64,000 bases of DNA. Source: Gracilinanus agilis (taxonomy: Eukaryota). The notes beneath the pieces were generated by a model that worked only from the letters and a program-made list of their open reading frames with translations, made no database searches and was not told where the DNA came from. The position numbers and the translations under genes were made by a program. The stretch lies in NCBI RefSeq assembly GCF_016433145.1, contig NC_058131.1, positions 106,341,301 to 106,405,300 on the forward strand. Direction: 5' to 3'. The stretch's first letter is position 1, and each line of letters begins with the position of its first letter. Positions 23,570-34,679 of this stretch are shown in pieces.

Positions 23570-25286
23570 CTGTAGTAACAACAATAAAATCAACACAGAT
23601 CAATGGTTAACTGCATATATCACTATATTTAATGGCAAATTGAGATCTTCATTGATGTTTTTTAATGCAAAGTGTATGTGTGTGTGCTTTTAAGGTTTGT
23701 ATTCAATATAAAAAGCCAAAGACTAAATAAGTACTGACCTGAATTTTAAGATCTGACTCTAATATGCCTATGGACAAGTCACTTCACCTCTTACTTCTCT
23801 AAGCCTCATTTTCTCCATCTGTAAAACGGTGGCAATCATATGTGGTACTATCTACAGCATAAGCTTGTTATAAGGAAAAGTTTTTAAAGGGATTAAGCAA
23901 TCTCCATTCTGTATCTATATCTATATAAATCATTCATGTAAATAGATTTCTACTGCTTTCTGTGAAAAGGAGGAACCTTTTTTTGAGACACATCTATAAC
24001 AACAGCTGGAATAACATCTTTATAGGGCAAGCTTACAAAACTTTAGATTAGTTCTCAAATTATTAACTCCAGATATGACCTAATAAATCTGACTGCAATT
24101 AACATAAATTTTGAATGTGAGAATTAATGAGGTTTTATGGCAGAAATTTTTGAAAAAATAACTTTAATAGTAGCATAATCCAGTTGAAAATATTTATAAT
24201 TATTATTGTATTGACATAATTTGCTGGAATACTAGAATTGTATAATAATTTCTCCAAATGTACCATTTTCAGACAATATGAATCCTTTTCCTCGTAGCTT
24301 TGATTTGATGAAAAACATTCTTTGAGATGCTTTAAGCTTATTTTGTTAATTTGCCTTTGGTAAGAGGTTTAGAGATGCTATGTTCTATGAACAAGTAGCA
24401 TTTTGCTACCTACATGGCAAGAAGGAAACTATTAAGGGTAGGGAGCATGGACATCAAATGCAATCTTGCATCACAAACTGGCTTTGGATCATCTCTATCT
24501 GGATGTCAAATAAGCATAACTAAACTAAATTAAACTTAAACTAAACATATCCAAAATCTTTTCTCATATCTATTCCTCTTCCCAATTTCCCTGATTTTGT
24601 TGAAGGAACCATCTTCTTTCCAGATTTATAACTTCAGAGTTATCTTCCACTCTAACCTTCCACATCTAATTAGCTACCAATACCTTCCAATTCTAAGTCT
24701 AAATTTCTTGATTCTGTCTTTTCTCTATTTACACAGTTACCACTCAATTTAAACCCTTACTGAGTCTTATCTACACTACTGGAATAGCACCTTCAATGTT
24801 TCTAGTCTCTCTCCTCTTCAATCCCTATATACATTGGCCAATTCTCACTTTAGCACAAGTCAGGTCATATCACTCCCTTGTAGCCTATTATAATTCCTCA
24901 ATGATAAAATAAAAATCCTTCTGTCAGGAAGAACTGAATTCAAATCTTGCTTTTGATGCACACAGGTCACTTAAACCTTTAGTGTACTTTAGACTTCAAG
25001 TTACAGACGATCTGCCAATATGTCACGCAAATTTTGTCACTTACAAACATTAATTTATATAAATGAAATTAGAGGGCCAAGCTAATGGTAGTTAACAATG
25101 TTTCAGTTTGTATTCTAGTTTTGTCACAGCTTACTTTTTTCATTTGACTTCAGGCACACCAATATATAATGAACTGTATGATGCCTAAGCATGTATTATA
25201 TCAACATCTTCTGCATTACATGGCTCATATACATTAGCAAAAATTTGTATCCTCAAACATACATCTTTCTCACAAATAAGGGTTTA

Positions 25287-25349
25287 CACACACACACACA
25301 CACACACACAGAGGTATTTACACACACAGAGGTATTTACACACACACAT
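25287..25349. repeat. (CA)n microsatellite with a short tandem duplication (gaggtatttacacacaca x2)
   Basis: Seen directly. Confidence 0.9.
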
Positions 25350-25519
25350 GTATATATGTAACTGGCTATGAAATTCCCCAAGCTGCTTTCTATTAGCCAA
25401 CAATAGAAAATCTGCAATTATAAAAACAACTTATGATGTCCCTTAAGAAGTCTTTTATTTTTTACATTAGCATACAGAAATTAACATCCTTAATAATCAC
25501 TCTTTTCTTGGTACTTTAC

Positions 25520-25782
25520 CTGTATTGAGGTAAGCTTGTTGCTTTCTTCTAAAAACTGCTGTAGAGTAACCACTTCACTCCCAGGGGAACCAGCCTTCAT
25601 CTTGGCTTGGCTATCTAGGGTTTCTGGCATTTTATGCTGGAGCACAGGACTTGATCTGGTATACCGCTTCAAGTACTGGATTGGACTGCTGCTACTACTG
25701 GACCATGCCTCATGTTCTTGAAGTAGGCTAAATTCTCCACTGCTATGGCTTTGAGGTCTGCTTTGACTATTAACTGCACCTG
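25520..25782 (-). CDS. CCDC88A: CCDC88A exon (A)GAVNSQSRPQ...GSEVVTLQQFLEESNKLTSIQ, containing the GBA (Galpha-i GEF) motif at ~25535-25576; alternative start 25779
   Basis: aaag|cag|GT tandem acceptor and CAG|gtaaag donor. 263 nt, phase 1 to 0. Confidence 0.94.
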
Positions 25783-26703
25783 CTTTTAGAGCAAATGATA
25801 TTAAAAACTCTTTAAGCAGAAATAAGAGAGAAACAATTCAAATATTACATTTGTCTGGGCCCTCATTTTATGCAGAGCTATACTTACCCTTAAAAAATGG
25901 TTTTGAAAATGTTTTCAACATTTTAAAGATGTCACTAGTCTACTGCTTTATTATTTTAATAAAATGGATTACATAACTAATTTAAAAACAGCTCCTAGTT
26001 TAGTCCACACAGGAAAAAATTCATGCTTCACTTATTTATGAATAAAACCAGGAAAAAGCATTCAGTAAGAAATTACTATGTGCAAAGCCCTGTGTTAAGT
26101 GCTGGTAATGCAAACAGAAAAGGAAAAATGTTTTCAAGGAATATTAGAAGCTAATTTTACTTGCTGACAATTCTAGTTGCTAATATTTTATTTTAATTTT
26201 CTGCCATTTAAATAAAATTCTCTTTCCTTCTTTGAAAAATGACAGGTTCATCTTTTTACTTAATAAAGTTCCTTTGCTCTTACACAAACTTAATTTTTCT
26301 TCAAAGTAAAATATTTTAAAAGAAGTTAAAAATACCAGAAACCTAAATAGTATGTAAACTGAAATAAATGGAGAACTGATACTCCAATAATTGAGGAATG
26401 ATATGGGAAGAATTCAGAAAACCTGGGTTCTGTTCCCAATTTTGCCATTTAATTAGATGTGTGATCCTATGCAAGTAATTAAGGCCTTCTGAAATGTAGC
26501 TCCTTATATATAAAAATGGGAATATGGAAATAATAACATTTGCCTTATCTACTCTGTGAAGTTTTACATAATGATATTTATATGAAAATATTTTGTAATG
26601 TGCAAAATCTTATATTACAAATAAAAAGTGGCATTAGATATTTCAAAGTTAAAAAAACCCATTACCTTTAAAAACTAAAAGTATTTTTAAAAATTGGCTT
26701 TTA

Positions 26704-26890
26704 GGGGGCAGCTGGGTAGCTCAGTGGAGTGAGAGTCAGGCCTAGAGACAGGAGGTCCTAGGTTCAAACCCGGCCCTCAGCCACTTCCCAGCTGTGTGAC
26801 CCTGGGCAAGTCACTTGACCCCCATTGCCCACCCTTACCACTCTTCCACCTATGAGACAATACCCCGAAGTACAAGGGTAAAAAAAAAAA
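26704..26890 (+). mobile_element. SINE1_Mdo-like SINE (young)
   Basis: TSD aaaaattggctttta, with CpGs retained. Confidence 0.93.
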
Positions 26891-27671
26891 TTGGCTTTTA
26901 TTATGCACAACAGATTTAGTTCTATATTGACATGAAGATATGTAACAGTAATAATTCAAATGATGCTAAACAACCCTACAAGCTACAAGTTGTTACTTGA
27001 TACTCAAATACCTTTGGATATTGTTGGTTCTTCTAAGATTGTATATTTATACAATAGGACTAAAAAAAAAAAAAGTAAACACTATTCCAAAATGGATAAT
27101 GAGAAACCCTAGTTCAAACTATGTAAATAAATATTTTTATTTTAAAAGATTTTAAAAGGTGGAGGTTTTGAAAATAGGTAACACCTGGGAAAATAAAGAC
27201 CCCCTAAATATAATCCATAGAAACACAATTTATCTGTAAAAAAAGATTCTTTTACATATTTCATTTTGTATAAATAACAATACAAATTCTCTATTAGTGT
27301 GATATACAAACTCGAAGGTAACAGAGTTAGTCAGGTTTTCCTAACTTATTGTGAAATGAAGTATGGCTCTCAAGAAACAAAAAAATTTATTTTTAAAAAA
27401 GCTTCAAAATTGTCTTTTTTTCCTATAATATTACTTTCATGTGATATTTCATGTAAAATTATTAATATAATTTATACTTTTAGCTTTATGACCATACATA
27501 TATACCTAACATGTTCCCTCTAAATTATTTAAAGGATTTTTACTATTTATCCATTAAAGAAAAGAGCTATGTGTTTGATTAACTGTTATTCTTTATGATG
27601 TTCAAAATATTATTAAATAATTAAATTAAATTAAAACTTAAATGTATTTTTAGAAGTTACTTTAAATACTT

Positions 27672-27878
27672 GGGTAAAAAACCCTTACCTTCTTCTCTCT
27701 TAGAATCAATACTGTGTACTAGTTCCAAGGCAGAAGATCAGTAAGAGCTAGGCAACTGGGGTTAAGTGACTTGCCCAAGGTCACACAGCTTGGGAAGTAT
27801 CTGATGCCAGCTTTAAAACCAGGATCTCTCCCCTTTGGGTGTGGCTCTCAATCCACTAAGACACCTAAGCTGCTCCCA
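27672..27878 (-). mobile_element. SINE1_Mdo-like SINE
   Basis: Reverse-oriented core. Confidence 0.85.
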
Positions 27879-28170
27879 GAAGGTGCTTTATATTCATTTA
27901 ATGAGATTTTAATATGCTAATAATACATACAAACCATTAAAAATCAAGACACCTCTTGCCAAGGTTGAAGACAAAGTCTAGTAATTGCATCTAGGAAACT
28001 ACAAATATTTTTATTACAAATTGATGATTTATTCTACAAACATAAATTCCAACTGACTCTTTTTTACATTTGTCTATAGATTTTGAAGTCTTACACATTT
28101 GTGTCTAATAAGGCTTTACATATTTCTTATAATGCTCAAAGTAAAAAATATTTTCATTAGAAGAATTTAC

Positions 28171-28377
28171 AGGGGACAGCTGGGTGGCTTGGTGGATTGA
28201 GGGTCAGGCCCTAAAATGGGAGGTCTGGGTTAAAAATCTGGCCTCAGATACTTTTTAGCTGTGTGACTCTGGGCAAGTCACTTGACCCCCATTGCCTAGC
28301 CCTTACTGCTCTTTTACCTTGGAACCAATACACAGTAGTGATTCTAAGGCAGAAGATAAGGGTTTAATTAAAAAAGA
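28171..28377 (+). mobile_element. SINE1_Mdo-like SINE
   Basis: A/B boxes, core and A-rich tail. Confidence 0.88.
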
Positions 28378-28497
28378 AGCAGAAGAATAATTTATACACA
28401 GCTTCATAATTTCATCATATCAAAGACATATTACTCTAAATCCCATTCAAATAAGAGGAATGAATGGAGTACATTAATAAATTTCCCTACAGCATAC

Positions 28498-28578
28498 CTT
28501 TGACATCATGGAGTGAAGCATTATTATTGCTATTACTAGTGGATGTTCTACCACTATCAAGACTGGCCGGCCTGGAAG
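28498..28578 (-). CDS. CCDC88A: CCDC88A exon (A)SRPASLDSGRTSTSNSNNNASLHDVK
   Basis: Read by hand. catttag|CT acceptor and G|gtatgc donor. 81 nt, phase 1 to 1. Confidence 0.94.
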
Positions 28579-28913
28579 CTAAATGAAAAAACAAACCAGG
28601 AGACAACATAAGATGTCCAATTCATGCAGATGCTCCTGAAAGCTCTGAGGTAGCAATCATGCACGATTTCACAGCTTGAGCATGCCCAATGTAACAAAAG
28701 ACTGGTTCTTTCTGACTAGAAAGAGGAAGAATTTCTAGGCTGTTCAAGAGGACATATTTCAGAAAAGAGCACTACTAGAAGAATAGTAGGATTTAAGGAA
28801 AAGGAAAAGAGAAAATGCACATATATTAAAAGTAAAAGTGGTAAGTTAGAACCAAATCTGCATTCGTTGAATAGAATGGCATGCAGAAAAATGCTGGTGA
28901 TCACATCACTTAC

Positions 28914-29000
28914 AACAGATCTGACAAGGAACCCTGCACATTGTAGCGATACCACGAACAGGAGGAGTATGAGCGTCTGCACAGTTAATGTCCAGTACTC
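28914..29000 (-). CDS. CCDC88A: Candidate alternative CCDC88A cassette exon (G)VLDINCADAHTPPVRGIATMCRVPCQIC(S)
   Basis: ttcccttatattggatag| acceptor and T|gtaagt donor. 87 nt, symmetric phase 1 to 1, and open in the Girdin frame. Three CpGs in a CpG-poor intron and three downstream TGCATG. No transcript evidence available. Confidence 0.7.
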
Positions 29001-29506
29001 CTATCCAATATAAGGGAAACAATTGCATTAAAAGTGTTCTCTGCTATTTTATTTGAAAAAAGGTAAAATATCTTTCAATAATAATAATGAATCCTTTTTT
29101 GAAAATGAAATTTGCCTATTCTAAAATGATTTATTTTATAAAGCAAAAAAGGTGTCTAATAATTTTTTTGAAATGGAAATTGGAATTAAAAAAAACCAGT
29201 AAACATCTAATTTATAACTTTATCCAAATACTGGTAAAACTGGCCAAACTCCCCCACCTCCATTTTTGGATCCTGTTCAGGCACACTTCATAAATGAAAA
29301 TGTCTAAAAATAGAGAACATTTAGATGAAGCAATATACTTTAGAAAGAAGTGTTAGAATTGGAGAAGTTACAATAGTCAAGAAATGTGTGTTATATAAAA
29401 AGTACATGCTTTTAAAAAATGCTATCATTCACCTATGTTATGCAACATTCTTAACATTCCCATTCTGCATTCACTATGCATTAACTAAATAAAGTCCACA
29501 TCTTAC

Positions 29507-29578
29507 CATGAGCTCTTGATCCAGTACTAGAATCATCACTAATACCTTGTGGACTTACATCTTCAAATGATGTGGCAT
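29507..29578 (-). CDS. CCDC88A: CCDC88A exon (D)ATSFEDVSPQGISDDSSTGSRAH
   Basis: Read by hand. gtgtag|AT acceptor and G|gtaaga donor. 72 nt, phase 1 to 1. Confidence 0.93.
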
Positions 29579-30179
29579 CTACACATAAAATAGTAAAAAG
29601 GATTAAACCATGTTTTTCATCACAAGAAAGTTCATGAGAAAACTTAATTTATAAAGTGTATGGAAATCCTCTTTCATTCTATTACCTTGTTCATTATGTA
29701 ACACATTTCAACGAACCAATTGCAGCATCACATTGAGTTTTGCTTTTTATGAAAATAATTATTTTATTAAAAGAAAGGCTAGTGCTAAGAGGTAGAAATC
29801 ATATAGTTTTAGTAGAAGTTGAATGTCTTATGGAAAAGACCTTAAAATACCAAGAGTATCTGATCTTTATGACCTTAGCAAACAAGTGTCTTGATAGTTC
29901 TATGTGGCTTCTCTTGACTGAAGTTAAGTCTATTGCTACTTTTCCTACTTTTTCACTCATTTTTTCCCATCTTCTCTCTCATTGATTTTCCCTACTCCTT
30001 TCCTTTCCATGTTCTTTTGGGATTTTAGCAGGTATTAAATGAAAATTCTTTTGGACAATTCCATAACTTATTTATTTAATGCCTTTGGCTCTTTGAAATA
30101 CTTTATATGGCTTAAAAAACAACAACAACTCATTTGCAGCCAACAAAGTCACACCACAGGGCAAAGAGACTGCCTATAC

Positions 30180-30383
30180 CTTTATTATTAACCAACTGCT
30201 TGGATCTGAAGCCTGTAGAAGAGTTGACAGTTGCAAAGTTGACAGCTGTAGTAGAGAAGGCCATAGCTCCCAATTCTTTTCTCCTTTTACCCGTAGAAAT
30301 ATCATCAGGAACCTCCAAATTCTCAGAACTACCTGTCCATTGTCCTCCTGCTAGGACCATGGATTGCACCAGGTCATTCATGG
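30180..30383 (-). CDS. CCDC88A: CCDC88A exon MNDLVQSMVLAGGQWTGSSENLEVPDD...RSKQLVNNK
   Basis: tcccag|CC acceptor and G|gtatag donor. 204 nt, phase 1 to 1. Confidence 0.95.
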
Positions 30384-31335
30384 CTGGGATGCAAATGAAA
30401 GCAAATGAATAAGCATGGTTTAATGAATTTGTTTTTAATCCTATTTTGTATCTTAAACTGTGTGGCATTGGTCTATGCATCGATGTAACGGTATACAAAT
30501 GTTTTACAACCATAAGGTCACCCACATTAAGACATGCATTCAGCTGAATGAAAAGTGTTACAGAGGCCAAAGGTTGAATTTGTAGTGAATGTGTGTTTTT
30601 ACGTTTTAAGTTTTCCTTTGGCAGGCAGAGAAAGGTATTTACTTATGTACAACTTTCATGCTTTTGCTGTAATGATATGCAATATAGTTAGAAGCCTTGA
30701 TATGTTGTTTTGCAATGACAAAATGGAATGATTAAAGGTAAGATGGATAGAGTTTCTAATATAATATTAAAGTTGAAAATGGTAAAGAGTCCTTGGTCAT
30801 TGTAGATTACTGAAGGAATAAATTATTTGTATATCAAACAAACATTAAATTTGGGAAGAAAACTAGAAAACAATAGTATTCAAAGCCATGTACCTTTTAA
30901 AAAATTAATCACCCACTCTACTTTCTTTAGACCTAACAGAAGGTGTTACAAAAGAAGGAATGACAAACATTTTCAAGGGTCACAGACCTTTTATTTTTCT
31001 TGCATCAGATTACTTTAGAAAACCAATGCCTCAAACTAGCAATTTAGATACATTAAAAAAATAAAACTTGTTAAGGAATTCCCTATGGTATATAAATCCA
31101 GGTTTGGAGGGTTTTTTCTCCTCAGAGTTTAAATGCACTTAGAAACTTACACAACATGTATGTACTAAGCAAGTACACATATGTATATATGCATTAGTGA
31201 ACATGCATATAAATTTCAGTGCCAGGTTAAAAAAATGCTCCAGCTCCTTGTATTATAGGAAGACTGCACTTTGCAAAGTATGAAAATTAGTGCAGTCCAA
31301 GGAAAAAGGTTAGTGAAAAATTAGTAATGGAAGCC

Positions 31336-31507
31336 NNNNNNNNNNNNNNNNNNNNNNNNNNNNNNNNNNNNNNNNNNNNNNNNNNNNNNNNNNNNNNNNN
31401 NNNNNNNNNNNNNNNNNNNNNNNNNNNNNNNNNNNNNNNNNNNNNNNNNNNNNNNNNNNNNNNNNNNNNNNNNNNNNNNNNNNNNNNNNNNNNNNNNNNN
31501 NNNNNNN
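31336..31507. other. Assembly gap (172 N), probably containing a CCDC88A cassette exon
   Basis: Run of Ns. On the - strand it is immediately preceded by a polypyrimidine tract. Confidence 0.99.
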
Positions 31508-32330
31508 GAAAAAAAGGAAGAAGAACAGATGGGAATTAAATGTTGAAACTAAGGACAGGAATGAATGTTTGAGTTTCAGCTATGTACACTATTCTAAATC
31601 TATTATTCTCATGCTTTTGAGTGATAATGATCATGAAATCTGTACCATGAATTCTAAATATACTTGGATAGCACTGAAGACAATGGTGAGGAATATAAGC
31701 TTGGAGAGTTTGGTTATTTCTATAACACAGGAATTGCTTAGATTTATATATGATAGAAATTTTCCTAAAAAGTAAACCTACATCTGTAATGAAACATGGT
31801 ATTACTTAGTAACATCTGAAACCTCATTACTTTTTTTCCAATCTTTTATTTTTCTTTTTTAATTCAAACATAAAACTTTATTTTGATGAAGAGGGGCAAA
31901 AATTATGTTATCAAAAGCAAGCTATATATATTTTGTGAGTATTATCAATTTTAATTGTAGAGTTGGGGAAAATTTAAAAGAACTTCTTGCAAATATATAC
32001 AAATATTTCATAATTCCCTCAAGCCATTATATAGAAAAGAGGAATTAATTTCTCAGATCAAACTAAATTTGAGGATAGTAATTCTCAGCATTAGCCACTA
32101 TGACAGTATATATTGTTCTCCTCTAGAAGAACCTTTATCATGGAGAAACAAATAATAATATCCCAGTTCATAAAGTAGGAAATAGATATAGGAAGAGAGA
32201 AAGGAAAGTATTCTGAGAGGTGCACTGTATTAGCATTAAGCTGTGGCAAAAATCAAAGGAAACAGATATGACATATGCAAGCAAGCACAAGAGAAAACTT
32301 TACTCATGAATTTGTAAATCTCCACAATAA

Positions 32331-32550
32331 TTTATTTATTTGTTTGTTTGTTTATTTATTTTTAGGGCCCATACCTTCCATCTTGGAGTCAATACTGCAT
32401 ATTGGCTCCAAGGCAGACGAGTGGTAAGGGTGGGCCAATGGGGGTTAAGTGACTTGCCCAGGGTCACACAGCTGGGAAGTGTCTGAGGCCAGATTTGAAC
32501 CTAGGACCTCCTGTCTCTAGGCCTGGTTTTCAATTCACTGAGCTGCCCCC
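32331..32550 (-). mobile_element. SINE1_Mdo-like SINE (first of a tandem pair)
   Basis: TSD ctccacaataa / ctccataataa. Confidence 0.88.
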
Positions 32551-32594
32551 TCCATAATAAAAAAAAAAAAAAAAAAAAAAAACAACAACCAACA

Positions 32595-32791
32595 GCCCTA
32601 ACCTTCTGTTTTAGAATTGATCAATTGATATTTATAGATTCTAAAACAGAAGAGTGGTAAAGACTAGGCAATGGGGGTCAAGTGACTTGCCCAGGATCAC
32701 AAAGCTAGGAAGTGTCTGAGGCCACATTCTAACCTAGAACTTCCTATCTCTAAGCCTGGCTCTCAATCCACTGAGCTACACACAGCTGCCC
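32595..32791 (-). mobile_element. SINE1_Mdo-like SINE (second of a tandem pair)
   Basis: Reverse-oriented core followed by ccacaataatt. Confidence 0.85.
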
Positions 32792-34220
32792 CACAATAAT
32801 TTTTAAAAGATCTTTCAGAAAGTATAAGAACTCACTTTGTAGTAACATTTTATGGCTAAAAGATAAGATTATTAAGGTAGAGGAAAATCTAAAGTACTGT
32901 AAATTTATGCTTAGAGACAAAGATTCCTAAAAATTTTTGGAATGTTATACCAAAATCTTATATTTCATTGATAATAAGGTTGTTCAATTTAAGTACTTAG
33001 ACATTTTTAAATTTTAAAATTGTACATTATGCTTTCTTCTAAAATAATGCCTTCTCTTTTGGTCATTATCACCATGTAAAATTAACACTTTTGATTAAGA
33101 ACTTGTGACTATAATGGAGTTAAAGATGAAAATAAATTGTGAAATTTATAATTTACTGATAAATTAGAAAGTAGGCACAATCATGATATAGGCAGAGAAT
33201 GTATTTGAACTATTTTTTTTCTAGTTTGGCAAACAAAGAAATTTTCAGTGACTAAAAGGAAAAGAACTAAAAGCAATGTGAAAATGGATACTGGCCCAAA
33301 ACAAATTTGAATGGTGATAGCATGCATATGTATTGTATTATCTAAAGCACAATTTTTCAATTATTTGATGGCCACATTAACAAAAAAATAAAAACAAATG
33401 CCAAAACATTTCTGAATTTAATAGAAAGGGAAGAATGTGACCCCTTTACTATGATATATTAACAAATACACAATGGCCATTTTTTATTGTGTGGAACTAT
33501 GGTCATATTACTGGAACAAAAATATGTTCTAATTTTTTTCAGATCCTAAATTTTAATCACAGAAAGATAGTGAAGCACTTCTTTTTGATCCTCATGCAAA
33601 AAAAATTTAGCAGAAATAATAAATCAATTTCAGTTAAAAAATATTTGGGTCCAAAGGAGACTGCACCACATTTTCTGTGGTCAAACTATGTCCCCTCTTT
33701 GTGCATATGAATGTTTTGCTCTTATCGTAATATAGAAAAATTCAATAATATAATGATATTAAGTTTGTATCCCAACATTTAAGTTTTCTTATACTAGTTT
33801 AAAACTAGAGAAACCATGTGGAGTTTAAATGTAAACACAGCTAACCAGATCATGCCACAAAAGCAGTCTACCTAGATTAGTAAAAGCAAATATTATCATA
33901 TAAATTGATGAAGGTCACAATTTCGACACCAGAGGGAAAGAAAGCTATGAATGAAAAAAGAAAAAATTCAAGGGGGAAGCAAAAAAAGGATAAATAGATA
34001 TTTAAGGAGTGTTTGTGTTAAAGGAAATTAGTGTGAAAGAATATTTTTTTTCTTACTACCTGATGCATGAATAGTCAATTCCTTTCTTTAACTATCTTCT
34101 ATAATTCTTTTTATACTTACAATCAGGATCATGAAATATTGGATGATTCTCTTATATGCCTGGAAGATATTTATGTGAGTCAACATTTCTAACATAAATT
34201 AAAACATTTAAAGCACTCAC

Positions 34221-34435
34221 TGCTGCTTTTCTTGGTCCCCAAGGTTTGCCCATCTTCTAGAGAATTTGAACCCACAGATGAACTATCTTGGCTGTCTTGA
34301 TGGGGAAGCTGAAGAAATCCTTCACTGGATTCTGAACGGGTGGGTGTTAATGTTAGAGACTTCATACGTTCCCGATTAACATCTTTCTTAGACTTTATAA
34401 GTTTCCTCATTTTTAAAGTAATCCAGTTGCCTCTC
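34221..34435 (-). CDS. CCDC88A: CCDC88A exon (R)RGNWITLKMRKLIKSKKDVNRERMKSLTLTPTRS...GTKKSS, containing the Akt RxRxxS site
   Basis: attag|G acceptor and A|gtgagt donor. 215 nt, phase 2 to 1. Confidence 0.95.
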
Positions 34436-34586
34436 CTAATAGAACAATTGTCAATGAGAAAATAATATTTAAATTAAAATAGAAATATTTTAGTCTTCTA
34501 TAAAATTATAAAACTTTAAAAAATTCTATAGGCACTGTTAATTTAACATTTTTGCTAATGAATATACATAAAATGAATGGCAATAC

Positions 34587-34679
34587 CTTCTAGGAGGTGA
34601 CGGGTCATAAAATTTGTACTGATCCATAATCTTTTCTTCTAATTTCTCCTTTTGTCGTCTTAATTCATTTAATTTATCA
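34587..34679 (-). CDS. CCDC88A: CCDC88A exon (I)[30 protein letters not shown](R)
   Basis: Read by hand. ttttag|T acceptor and AG|gtattg donor. 93 nt, phase 2 to 2. Confidence 0.95.

Noticed and set aside
30384-30570. N-terminal part of the 146-aa ORF 30130-30570
   Set aside because: Intronic read-through. The exon is bounded by the acceptor at 30384-30385.
31327-31539. 70-aa ORF in the track
   Set aside because: Artefact of the N gap.
33846-33871. Possible microexon after tactaatctag (GTAGACTGCTTTTGTGGCATGATCTG|gttagc)
   Set aside because: 26 nt (or 22 nt) is not frame-preserving and the donor is weak. It may instead be a splicing-regulatory element containing GCAUG.
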